64,000 nt of DNA from Ptychomitrium polyphyllum. Taxonomy: Eukaryota. The notes below the pieces were generated by a model. The model had not been told where the DNA came from. It worked only from the letters and a program-made list of their open reading frames with translations, and searched no databases. This document shows, in pieces, positions 1 to 13,000 of the stretch; positions within the stretch are counted from its first letter, which is position 1; each line of letters begins with the position of its first letter. The stretch lies in the NCBI GenBank assembly GCA_973851085.1, contig OZ316775.1:18786001-18850000 (forward strand), read 5' to 3'. The translations under genes were made by a program, and so were the position numbers.

Positions 1-1484
1 AGCTCAAAAACATTTTTTAATATGATAAATGAAGATATACATGTAAAATAAAAAAGTGCCTTATTATTGGAGATCCATAGACACGAGCTCCTAAAAGATT
101 AAAATTCACCATATACATTATCATTAACTACTAAATTCTTATTTAAGGTAATTTAAACTTAGTAAATTATAATAATATATTAAAATTGGATATAAATGAC
201 ATCATGAAGTAGTGGTAATAGAAAAAAAAGTAAATTTATACTAATTTTTAAAAAAAAACATGTAATAAATATAGTCTTGATATATGGTGGTTATTGTATA
301 GAATTTGGATGCCTGCGTGTTCATTAAGTGGTGGTTACTAATTGTTGTGTGAATAATTAATGGAATTATCTATTAATGGTATTTTGGCTTTTTACAAAAT
401 GCCCTTTGGAAGTTTATAACTATTTCAAAATATGTGAAATTGATATATTTTTAATTGCATTGGATTTATAACCTTATTTTTTACCATTAAAATTATTAAA
501 AATTATATACAATTTTTTCAAAATGAAGCAATTCATATTGCAATGGTAATGGATTATTCCACCTTATACCTTTTGTATATCAATTACTAATAACATTATA
601 TTCTTAAAAAAAAACTCTTATTACTTTTATATGGTTCAAGTATTGAATTTAAATATTTCTGAATGAAACCCAATCATCTCTTGCATTATATTGTGAATGG
701 ATAAGAATATAAATGCATAATAGTATTTAGACTATATATGAAAAGAAAGTAGCTTTCATATAAGATTTATTACATAAGAGTGAAATTTTTTGCTTGTAAA
801 AATGATATATGTACCAAAAGTTAGGTTTGACAAAATTATTATTAACACCCAAGTAGACAAATAAGGATTTAAATTTCTATATTTAGCTTGAAAATGTAAT
901 TATTGCAAAACAAAAGAGAAGTCTTATTTGCAATTTAAATGTTTTCATCATATAGTTATTTTGCAAAAAACCATACATAATTTTCCAACCTATTACATTA
1001 CAACATTGTAACACTAGCTACCACTGCTAATTACTTAATAAGCATAGTGCCAATCTTCTACCAAATTGCCATTATTATAAAATGCAAATTTTACTTCTAA
1101 ATTAAAATGCACATATTTGAAAAATCTTAGAAATTTTGAGATTATTATGAATTTCATATATCAAACCTTTAAACAAAGTGATTTCTTTTCCTTTCTTTTT
1201 TGCCATTCAATTAACTACAAGTATATTTCATGAAGAACTAATATTCTGTACAAAATCTTACGGTCAAAGAATGATTATTTACTACTAAATATTATAGGAG
1301 ACAAGGATCTAAAAATCACATATTATTTTTGGACCCATTTGTAGAATGTATTGGATAGTTAGTCCCTTGCATTGAATTGGTGGCACCCTTCATACAAGTA
1401 TTTCCACCTTCTCTTAGTCACCCAATCACCCATACGAAAAGATGATTTTTGGTCACTTTGTGGAGGGTACCACACTAATTACAA

Positions 1485-2176
1485 CATGCACACCTTTCAC
1501 CATGCAACACCACTTATTGCTATTCCGGTTTTGATTAAGCCGAGCAAAGCACACTCCTGTTGATTCCCACAAACAAGCATGCACTGACACTATGCCGCAG
1601 ATCTGAGCTGGTGGCAGCCCCAACTAAAATCTAACCCAAGATTTGCTCTAGTCTCTTCCAAACTTTTTCTGATCTGGTGTGCACGCTTTCATGGTCAGCT
1701 TATCCCTAAAGGAATCACTTGAGATTAATTCCAAATAGAATCGGTGATGGCCTCAGGTTCTCAGCACAGAGAGTTTGCGGTACAGCATATGCTGGACGCT
1801 TCTAAAGGGACCCTGCCCGTTGCCCGAGTGCAGATTGATCCAAAAGCTCACATGTGGCAAATTAAACAGATGGAGGTCCGTTTCGTTCACGCACATCGAG
1901 CTGGAAGAGCCTAACATCTAGTTAACATGCAGTTACATGCAGTGACCAAGGTAACTCATGACACACTCACAAGAAGTTGTACATGTCAGAAGCTAGAGTA
2001 GATTGCACACTTACCATTCTACACACCTCAACGTAAACTGAAGCTGCTAAGTTCGGCTAGCTTCAGATTGTCACACCCTGTTGAGTGATTGCTCGACAGA
2101 CGTTTCCCATGCATGAGCCCACGGTTTGCATCCATTTCTCCTGCCCTTCACGTCCCTCACACAAAGAGCTTATAAA
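1485..2176 (+). promoter_or_regulatory. Promoter of the desiccation-related gene: six RY elements (CATGCA), an ACGT-core ABRE-like site and a TATA box
   Basis: CATGCA at 1485, 1501, 1578, 1926, 1936 and CATGCATG at 2108; CACGTC at 2149; TATAAA at 2171, ~90 nt before ATG 2262. RY plus ABRE is the known ABI3/bZIP module of seed and desiccation genes. Confidence 0.55.
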
Positions 2177-2261
2177 GCGATGTTCCAGAGTTCCTCACCA
2201 AGCAACTTTGGGTGCAGGTTCGTACAGCACTTGTCTGGGGTAGATTGCTGAGAAGTGACTC

Positions 2262-3036
2262 ATGTTCTCCATGAGTCCCAGCTCTACGACGATGAGGTCT
2301 CTCAAGGGGCTGGCATTTGCTCTGTGCTTATTTCTGGTGCTGGGACCAGGCTCTGCAAACATTGGGGGACTTGAAATAGAGTACGAGTGTAACAAGAGGA
2401 ACAAGAGCGCTGTGATGGACAAGGAGCTCATTCAAGTGGCGTTGAACTTGGAATATTTGGAGACTGAGTATTTCTTGTGGGGCTCCGAGGCCTATGGTTT
2501 GGACAAGTTGGCGCCTTGGTTGGCTGACGGTGGACCTCCACCCCTTGGTGCATAGAAAGCCAATTTGGACCTTTATTACAAGGATATTTTCTACCAAATG
2601 GGGCTCCAAGAAGTGGGCCATGTGACGTAAGCAATCGTCTTTTTGAAACTTGTGAATAATTGTCATGTAAGCTCTAGTGCAATTGAATTTCCAGTTAAAT
2701 GCACACATGCAGAAGGTTGTGTTTTTGAGAGTTGGAACTCTGGTACCTGTTCCAGTGTCGGGTTAATGACTTGATGACTTTTGTTCTGTTATGTAGGGCG
2801 ATCAAGAAAGCGTTGGGTAATCCTCCTCACTGTGCATTCCCCCGCACTTTGCTGGACCTGACCAAGGAAAACTGGACAAGGCATTCATAGCCAAGTTCGG
2901 CAAGAAGCTGTACCCTCCCTTCAACCCTTATGAAGACAGTTTGAAGTATCTCATCGCCACATACACCATTCCCTACGTTGGTTTGACAGGATACGTTGGC
3001 ACCAATCTTAAGCTCAAGGGCTACAATGCAAAGAAG
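2262..3036 (+). pseudogene. Desiccation-related protein PCC13-62-like (ferritin-like domain) pseudogene
   Basis: Signal-peptide-like N-terminus followed by family motifs ALNLEYLETEYFLWG, GGPPPLGA*KANLD, QEVGH, FPRTLLDL, PPFNPY and IPYVGLTGYVG. Exon 1 2262-2626, GT-AG intron 2627-2796, exon 2 2797-3036. In-frame TAG at 2553 and a frameshift near 2875. Only a possible AGLL remnant of exon 3 is visible near 3350-3400. Confidence 0.88.
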
Positions 3037-4102
3037 GTGATTCCAATAGTCAATTTTTACCCTCTTTAGCAACTAGGTTACACGTGTCAATATGCCCTTG
3101 TGTTCTTCACCTCGATAATTTAATGCGTTTATCCTTGGCAACCTTTTGATCATAATTGCTGTAAAGTATGTTTATCAATGTGGTTAATAAGTGACTCTCA
3201 GGTATGAGTCACTTACCATGGGGTTTCTTTCTTGCCTTGTCCAGGTTTATGCAAGGTCAATTATCTTATTTTGTCTGTTAGCTATCATTACTATAGGGTA
3301 TACCATGTTGAGGTGGTGTAGCACTTATTGATTGACATTGCGTAATTTGATTGCTGCCTGCTGGCCTGCTTAGTTCGATAGAAGATTCAGACAACAGACT
3401 GCTCAAGAGATGTAAGATTCAATATCAAATAAGAAGGGCTTAGACTTCTCTACAGATCCGCACATCAATGTCATCAAACATGCAACTACTAACTCATCTT
3501 TGAACACTTGCACCAGAATCCAGATGCACCGCAGAATGAAATAATGGCTTAACCAAGGGAACTTGATCAGGGTTGTAAAGAGGGATTTCCTGTAATAAAG
3601 TTACTATTCTTTTGTTTAAAATCAAAACCAAAATAAAAACTTGAAAAAGACAAACATAAGTGAAAGCTCTCTTCACCAAGCATGGGAGGTAAGAGGACGA
3701 CATACTCCCTATCAAGGCTGCCTATTAATAACAATAACCCCATGGCAAATGACTCTCGCTGCCAGTCCCTCTCTTGTAACCGCTTCTAAGCACTTGACCG
3801 CCACACGCGGTAATAAGCTGGCACTTTAACTCTGATGACGTTTATATTGCTAAACCTATGTCAAAATGGGCTAAGTGTAATTAGCCCAGTAACCTGTACA
3901 CTAGCTTGGTATCAAGACTCCGCCATGAGAGTAGAAACCACCTTCAACACTATCCTTGAACAAAGCAACAGCTATGTACTGTAGACTAAGTTGAAAACTG
4001 TTCAAAACCGCGCAGTTCGAACTTACTAGCTGCCACTGCACTAGATTGAAGTATTTGAGGATTCAACTTGTGCGTGAAATCGTTGGGCTTCAAAATGGAG
4101 TC

Positions 4103-4438
4103 CTAGGCGTCACACACCTTGAAAGCTGAACGTGACTTTACAACAATATCGTACATGTGGGTAGTGCGGATACTAGCAAAAGCTTGAGGTAAGCTGATGA
4201 GATCAGACGTGCTGTGACTTCGATGATATTGTCGAACGTGCTGATGGCGGGAGAATGCTTGCCATCCAAGCTCCAGGAGCTTCGCATCAAGCTGCTCGTA
4301 ACTTGACATAATTTCATTGCTTGCACAGTGCACGAGGATCTTGTGGCCAGAAGATGGCCCTGGTGACGAACTTTCTTCCAGAGGGTTCTCCACCCGATGG
4401 AATACCCCATTGCCATTGAAATTCCACACACCCGACAT
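4103..4438 (-). CDS. FPF1: Flowering-promoting factor 1-like protein (111 aa, single exon)
   Basis: MSGVWNFNGNGVFHRVENP...KILVH...SYEQLDAKLLELGW...DLISLP..F....TTHMYDIVVKSRSAFKV matches the FPF1 family signature along its whole length; intact ORF. Confidence 0.9.
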   Translation of the reverse strand: MSGVWNFNGNGVFHRVENPLEESSSPGPSSGHKILVHCASNEIMSSYEQLDAKLLELGWQAFSRHQHVRQYHRSHSTSDLISLPQAFASIRTTHMYDIVVKSRSAFKVCDA

Positions 4439-7030
4439 GGTGTACCAGACCTTCCTTCTCAGAAGGCTGATATAACATTGAACATTACTGAGATGTCTTC
4501 ACTCAAAGCTAATCGATTATGCATATGGACATAAACAAGCATACGGAAAGAAGGAATTAGATTTCTGATCCAATATAGTGCATAATAATTTAAGGTTGAG
4601 ACGTCAATCTATTCATAAAAGGTAAGAGGCACATTCCAAACACTTGAATTGTGACTCCCCATAAACTAAAAGGAACTGTAGAGGCCAATGAGATGAAACA
4701 CCTTGGACCAGCGAGACAAGGAGCTCCGGTCCAGAATTCGTAAGGCTCATTCGCACACCTCGACATGTGAAAATGTTCAAGAGGTTTAGAGGTCGTTTTA
4801 GATTCACGAACATAGGTTCGATTTCAGAGGTTGTGCAGGTATTGAGAAGTTCCTGAACAATTTCATACAGAACTTCCTCTCCGTAGCCAGGAACTGATCT
4901 TTCACATATATATGTATATATGCATTTCCGTTTCTAAGCAGATCTACGTGAAACTATGTAACCCGAGAAAAGGGTTTACCAATCTCTTTTGCAGGAATCA
5001 TGAAAAATCCTTGCTCCCTGCGATGTCGCTTGCAAGCCCTGATGATCTGTATTCTTCGTTGTCCCTGCACTCACTAACCATGTGATTCTCATTACATCAG
5101 GGTTAGCTCAACTCGAACCAAACGTTTCCAACCAACACTAACAAAACCATAGGAGCAAACCTATCCAGGTTGTTTACAAGCAAATTGACACAGTGAAAGG
5201 CGTACATTCTGACAAGTTGAAACCGTGTCTCATAATATTTGGTAGAGGCGTCTCAATTTAAGGAATCTGGCAATCGAGAGCGCTCCAGAGAAGACATCGA
5301 AGCAATGTGCAGCTATGTACAACGAGCATCAAAACCCATTAATAGCGCAGTCTGTAAAAGAAGAGACTACGTTCACGGACGAATCAATTGTTCTTACCAT
5401 ATCTTCTACCGTTAGTCATAGATCACCGAGATCTGTCATACGAAGTCGAAAAGCAGAAATCGCATCACCCACTCATGCATTCAGACTCTACTGCTAAATC
5501 CACCCAACGGTCTCGAATAAGCAAGGCTCCTCACAAATTTATATAGTGAAAGATCAGGGCGGTTACCCTGCCAACAAGTTTCTAAAAGGCGAAGCCTGTA
5601 GATAATGCATAGCACCCTACGGTTGTTGAATATTGAAGCGGCAGAGATTATGGTCACAGGGAAGACGAGGGATATGATTAGTTATGCGAGTAGCAAATCC
5701 TCGACAAGCATCTCATCTGTAAGAAACCACAACTGTGGAGCCACTGCAGAGGACCACTCATTATGATATCAGCAGCGTTCATCTGAAATCCAACCCTAAG
5801 AAACGACAAGTTTTGTTTTAAGAAGCGATACCTATGAAGTCAGGTTGGCCACTCTAAATGGAAAACCCCACTTGAATTACAGCCAGCGGCAACAGAATTT
5901 AGTATTTCTATAGATCTTTTGCTGCCAGACTGTCTGCTGGAGTACTGTCAGGCTTGGATATTTTTTCCTCGTGACTGGATTTCATGCACGCACAATAATC
6001 CGGATAAAGCGGAGTTTATACCATTAGTGAACGGTTGCACACTCCAAAGTCAGGTTATGACCAGGAACTTCTCATGAAAGATCTTCTAAACACTGTAAGC
6101 GCAATGTAAGCCCATACAACTGTTTTTCTCATAACGCGGGGTTTCCAGAGCTTGCGTGGTATGAAGAGTCGGTAGGACGTTCATTTTCGAAGAGATGCTT
6201 CCTCTTACTATGATTGTCATTCATGTGCCTCACTCTCGATTCTAGCCTAGGTGTTCTATGGCCTACCATTGTAAGGGGACTGGGAATACGGTTGCAGCAT
6301 TCAGATGTAGAAGCTGTGGAACTTGAAAAAATAGTAAAAATGTTCGGCTACGCAGAGACTATGAATATTTCCCTTTCTGGAGAAAAACTGCGTTGTGAAA
6401 CTAGACCTCCATTTACACATAATGGAGGTTTACAACGCATCAAGGATAGCCGTAGGGGCTATAACCGAACCCTTGCAAGTCGCAGGGGCTTTGAGGTACA
6501 AGTTACCCACTTCACATCCTGTGTGGCCAAAGTTCAGGAGAAGCGATCTTGACGTCAATTGGTTCTTGTCATAAATGATATACAACTGTAGATATTCAAG
6601 GGCACATTCTGAGATACAGCACAACAGGTGTGCAACACAGAAGCACTCTTTAAACTTGGTCAAAGATCAGAGCTGTTATATTAGAGATAATTAATAACAC
6701 CTTGGCAATTCAAGGTCACGCCAGCTTCAGAATCTAGGAAGTAAAGCATCGAAATAGCAGATGCGAGCTGCGGAGCCTGACGGATATATGTACATGTTAG
6801 ACTAATTAATCAACAATCCAGGGTGCACATGAATGGCTGTCGTGGAGGATATCCTTTGCACCCTCGAAACCCCAACAACACCACGTCTATCCCTGACAAG
6901 TTACAGGGCTACTCGTAGCTGCAGACTGGCGCTCGAAGCACCAAAAATATTTCTGAGCAGTAGAATGGCCGGCTGTTCTAAAAGAGATCCTGAGTTATCC
7001 AAATTGATTGATAGATGAAACAGCAAATGC

Positions 7031-10000
7031 TCAAGAAGGAAGTCGTTTACTCCACCATTTCTTCCGTGTCTTTTCCTTCTCTCTTTCACTCGCCGTATCC
7101 GTGTTGCCAAGTTTGCTTAGGACCACCTTTGTCTCACGTAACCTGACCTTAAAATCTTTCTTCCAACCATCAAATCTAGCCTTAAGTTTCCGAAGCTCTT
7201 CTTCAGGGTTCAAATGCGCCTGAGTCTGCCCAGACTTCACTTCAACGAGAAACTCGACATCATCAGTGAACACCTGCCTTCGATGGTCATATTCTCGGAC
7301 CATCTGACTGACATAAGAACGACCGGCCGCAACCTCACCCTGACTTGAGGCATACTCAGACCCTGCTAGCGAAAATTTGTTAGAATTCTGTTGTGGACTC
7401 TTTGAGGCACTTGCTGCTTCGTCATCCCATTCGAACTCTTCTTCATCAGTCGGAAGGAGAGGTCGGGCACCACGGCTGTGTTTCGGCTCAGTGCCACGGG
7501 ATATAGCCCTTGGATCCAAAGGACTTTTTTTAGGAGAAGTTAACAAGGTGCTTTCTTCAGAAGCCATGCTCTTCTTTGCAGCTTCTAAACTAAGTTGCAA
7601 TGAGGACATCTGCTTCTGCCAGATCTCCTCCATTGACGACATCTTGGCCTTGTACTCCACCCACTGTTGGTCATAATGTTGGAGCTTTTGACGCAACAAT
7701 ATGTTGTCTTCTTCTTTCTCTCTCAATACTTTCTCTGCCATTACAGCCCTTTGCTGTAACTCCAAAATAGAAGAAGGCCTTACCCTGATAGTTGCTTCCT
7801 TCTGTTCATGCAGTCAAGAGAAACCGTTCTGTTTGTCAGAATCAACCATTCGTCCAACAGAGCTTAAAAATTCATAATCCCTAGACTGTTTGCTTTAGTT
7901 CTCTAAAGTCCCGACAAGTCAAGTATACGAACTTTAACTGAGGGCGATGTCAAATGCTGAAAACAGCCCTAAAGAAATAGTCCAAGAGAAATTCAGAATA
8001 TAATAATACAAGAGGTTTAATATATCCAGAGTAAGCACAGGTACCTCAGTAGATGGCGTTTCAAACACTTCAAAAGGTGTGTTAAACACTTTCACTGTAG
8101 CTGTCTCATATATTTCCTTGATACTTTCTTGCTCTTCATCTGCTAAATCAGTACCCTCCGCTTCTAGCCTTGATCTGGCTTCTTCCTGCAAAATGACCTC
8201 AGCAGCCAACTTTGCAGCAGCTGCTAACTTCTCCTCGGCCTCGGCACCCAATTTTGTCTCATGTGCTCTCTTTTCCTCAGCCAGTTTTGCTTCCGCTGCT
8301 ATCTTCTCCTCGACCTCTTTTTGGAGAGCAAATAATTGCTTCTTGGCCAACCACATGCGAACCACTGCGACGTCCAAAAATATATTAGAAGATACAAAAG
8401 AAACTTTACGACAGCAAGTAGAACAACGTCAGTTCAGATATTAACATATTCCGAAAAAATTACTGCAATTCAAGAAACATAAATAAGTAAATAAATACTC
8501 CATTAATACCTGATTGGACCTTGACCACCTGCTTCTTCTTGTCTTGATACGCACGACATGCACACCACCTCCGAACATGCTTTTGAATCATAACAGCTGC
8601 TCTGTACCTCTCACGTATATCTGCAAAGCATTTCCTTGCCATAGCTGCTCTTACCACTACACATGACAAAAGGAACATAATGATCCTGATTAACATCATG
8701 AAATAACAAACTGAAATCACTCAAACTTCTTACCGCAATGAAGAGAACCTACTACATTCAAATTCGTGCATTTAGAAAATAGTTTCTGCTCACTTAAAAT
8801 CGAATCTAACCCAATCTAACTTAAACTTACAAAGAATGAGACATATATTTGGACACAACATATTTCTTCCTTTATAAAGCAGGATTAAATTTACGGAGAG
8901 TTACACAAAGCCTTCTGTAACTTAATAACTTTGATTCAAAATTGGTGCTGTGAAATTGGTGGAAAGTGATATAACAGCTGGCTGCTACTTTTTAACACTG
9001 TAATGCAAAAAACCATCAACTCTGGATTACAACACAGCTTCCGTACATTTAGGCTTACATCAGCATCCTAAAGTTCTTCAACAATCACCTAAGAAAAAAA
9101 ACAGGTTAAGAACCTGATTCTTGAAAGGAAGAATAATCCCCTCCCAAAATATGGTGACTAAAAATTGTACTGACACTGCGATCATGGGTTTAAAAGTCAG
9201 AGAATACTCACTGCATTGTAAGAAAATTATTGTCTTGCGCTGCTTTTTGTACTCGAGTCGAACCTTGTACCCCTTGTACACTGCTTGTGCTCGGGCAACT
9301 CCTTGGAGTGTTCTTAACCTCACATCCTCGAGCATCCCTATCTACAGGACGCAATATTAGCATCATCGGACGCAAAAATGTACTAAAAAGCTATGGCCTC
9401 AAGAAGTAACACAACGATTAGTTTGATTCCCACGTAACATTGATCAACTTGATGTCAAGTAAAAGAGGAAACTAAATTTTAATATTCATAAAGGCCTGTT
9501 TAACAAGCATATAAAAGATCGCCTGACTAGAACATTCGAAGTACGCAATAGTGTTAAACTATTGTTATACAACATAAAGACTACTTTTCGAAGAAAAGTC
9601 GTAAGAGGTATAGGTGATATGTATAGGAGAATTACCTGTCCAGCACGAAAAAACAACTTGGTTATACCAACTTGATACATTTCCGGGGCAAGGCCGAAGT
9701 GATCAAAGACAGCCACACATATACTCAAGACATCTTCGTGATCAGAGAGGACTCTTGGAAGCAGGAAGCCATATCTGCAAATTAAAAACCTCATCATTAA
9801 TTTGTTGCCAACAGATAATAAAGATCACCCACAAAACTCACATAACAACACCTTGAATGTAACGGCAGCTAGATATTCAAGATTAAAAATACTATTAACC
9901 TGTTTGCAAACTCGCTATGTGTGTAACGAGTAGGGTAGCCAGCACGGGAAATGCGGACCACTTCAAGGACTCCACAACACTTAAGCTGTTGCAAAACCAA

Positions 10001-13000
10001 TTTCTGATCAACAACATTTGCAAGCTGCTGGGTATTTGGCTTGATGCAGCGTATGAAATGAGGTTCAGTTGCCTCCAGTCTTTGCATAAGCTTGTTCAAT
10101 TGACCCTATATCACCAAATTTATCGTGAGAAGAACATAATTCACATCTCAACCACAAGCCTCATAAGGAAAACGACTGAGGCCACCAAAGAGTTGTTGCT
10201 GATGTGAGTTGTTTGTAACCAAATATAATCTAATTTTCTTTTTCATTGATTTTCAGTTATCACGCGAAAAAATCTTTCCAACAGATTGATGTCTATTACA
10301 ATCTGAGGAATTGCATAATTTCAAAGTACAAACCTTGAACTTGGCTGCAACACTCTGCTTTTGAGATTCTGAACCATTAGCCCTTTGAGAAACTTGTCCA
10401 TTAAAAACTAAAAACTGACGAGTCAAAGCACAATCACAAGAACCCAATAGCTCCACCAGATCTGCATGTAGCAAGTCCCTATTCTTCTCAAGAAACCCAT
10501 CTGTCTCATAAATCACCTGCAAACATACCAGCAATCGCAAGTCAAGTAAAATTCACAAAGGCGTACACAAAACACATAGCGCCAGGGACACCTTCAGACT
10601 GTCATCGTCACATCTAAGAAAATAGTGCTGCAATGACTCCGTAAAGGACAGGTACAATTCCTGAAAACATCTGCTCTATATAGATGTTGTCAAGACCGCA
10701 AATCTATAACAAGGGATGAAAAGTGTTCTACCTCTCCAGCATAGTGACAAATACGAAACTTCTTGTCTCGCTCCCCTTTGAAAGAAGGATTCCTTTTCAG
10801 ATGGTCCTTCAACTTATTTGCGAGTGTAAAATCAGTTGCTCGAGGAAACATACACTCCTCATCGAGTAATGATATCAATCCCAAAGGTCTCTGCAAAGTT
10901 GAATGCACTCCTCAGTTTCGACATAGCTACTTATAACTCTCAAATTCAGAGTCAAAAAAAGTACGTTATTTTTCAAAAATCTAAGTAAAAAATGTTTATA
11001 TATGAACTAGATCATTGGCAAAATGGTTGCCTTCACCGCTGCACCAAACAAGCCATTATTAACCAACCAGAGCATAATCTTTGCAGTTATGCAACATGAA
11101 AATTTACCTTCTCAATAAGTTCAAGACATTCTTGATTGTCTTCAAATTCCACTCTCGTCCAATCAATGTTCTCAGAAGTATATTCCTGAATGATCAGGAA
11201 GACATACACCGTAAGAGGCTGCCAAGTTGCTAAGGAGATTGTAGCAAAAAAAATGAGCGAACGAGAGAATGGTATCCTGCACTCAACTTCCGCAAATGTG
11301 TAATACATATATAAAAGACAGACAGCTACATTCATTATCATGCATTAGGTTCACTGAGCTCCCTTTCAACATACTTCTTGTTCAAGCTTAAATAGATGGC
11401 GGTTGAAATGCTGCTGCAACCTCTCATTTGCATAGTTTATACACAGCTGCTCGAAACTATTTTTCTGCAGATACCAGAATAAGATTTAAAATGCATTAGC
11501 TTAAAAGCAGTATACGGAAAAATTTACCGAGCAAAAACACATGAATAATATATATACAAAACCCAAAAATCAAAACTACACAAGGTCTACTTGATTAACA
11601 CAACTCAACACTAATTATCATTTAACCGCAGGAATACCAAATCATCCTGTGAGCATGTGACCATAAATGGGCACGACATCACTTGGCTAAATGGATGGGT
11701 TGGCCTCATTTTAATTGATCGGCCCTTGAATGGTCATTGTTTTGACAGGAACAAAAATCAAATTGTTATGCTAGAAGGTGCAAATTAACGTGATCCATTT
11801 GGCCCACAAAGCCAAAGGTACTTTAAAATGAAATTTTCTTTGGCCGGAACTTAATATTCTAACTCTTGTCGGAAGCAGGTGTAATTCCTGTCGCACTTTG
11901 GTGTCCCACAGACTTCCGGTTATTACATGGAAGTGGCAACCCCGGAATATATAGCAGAATGATTGCAGGAAGAAAACCGAGAGGAACACTTTGACTAACG
12001 AATAAAAGCTTTAGTGCTCGATCATCTTCAGTATGCTGAACCTTTACTGGGGGCTAGACCACAGAAATGTTACCTTGAAAGACTCAAACCCATAGATATC
12101 GAGGATGCTGATCGACCTTCCAGTAAGAGTCTTGCCAACTTCCAAAGAATTGTTTATGCGTCCAACCAGCCAATCAAACAAATTGGAGTAAATCGCTTTA
12201 GCAAGCGCATCTCTTGAATCAGTTGCCTGCAACAAGACATTAGGAAGAAAAGTATATCAACAAGCAGATGTTATCTTCATACACTTGGAATGAGTACTAA
12301 CTCTTTAGTTTAATAAAAGCTCAGTGACGAAGCTCAAATAAACAGATTGGCAGACCTTTAAATTCTACCCAATTTTAAAAAGTGAGTTACCTGAGCAAGC
12401 GTCAATTTTTGTACAATAGTATCACCCCCTACACGCATCCTCCGACTGGAAAGTGCTGCCACAAGCTTACTAGCCTTACAATGCAGCAAAGTTGCTGCAA
12501 CTTCTACAGCTGCTTACAAGGTAGGCACAAGAGAATTAAAATATTGAGGAGACAGCAGTAAACCATGAAGATTAGCATGCTTCAGACCCAACCTCCGCAA
12601 TATTAAGTAACAAGTTGAGTAAGACCAGCTAAAACATGTTAAACAAGCACCCAGAAGAAGACGATAATGAGCAAACTATTATCATACAGCTAATCAATTC
12701 TGCTCCAGTATACTCCAACCACCTTGACACAAATTCATAACCTTACCAGATATTGCTTGCACACACTTCAAACTTTATTGACTTCTAAAGCCAATTTAAG
12801 ATCCAACATACATATATAATCCAATCTCATCTACCTAATTGTCTATTCAGATAACATGTGACTACTGATCGAATATCGAAATAGACAAAATTATACTGAT
12901 GCAGAATTACAGATGAAGTTATTCTAATAAGCAAGATCTACCTTCATTGTCCTGAACCACAACGTGATTTTCGTTCTCTGCAATGCGAAAAGTAATATTT

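Noticed and set aside
7008..8444. Plus-strand ORFs over the myosin tail (also 14342-14569, 16015-16712)
   Set aside because: Antisense shadows of coding exons with no independent protein signal.
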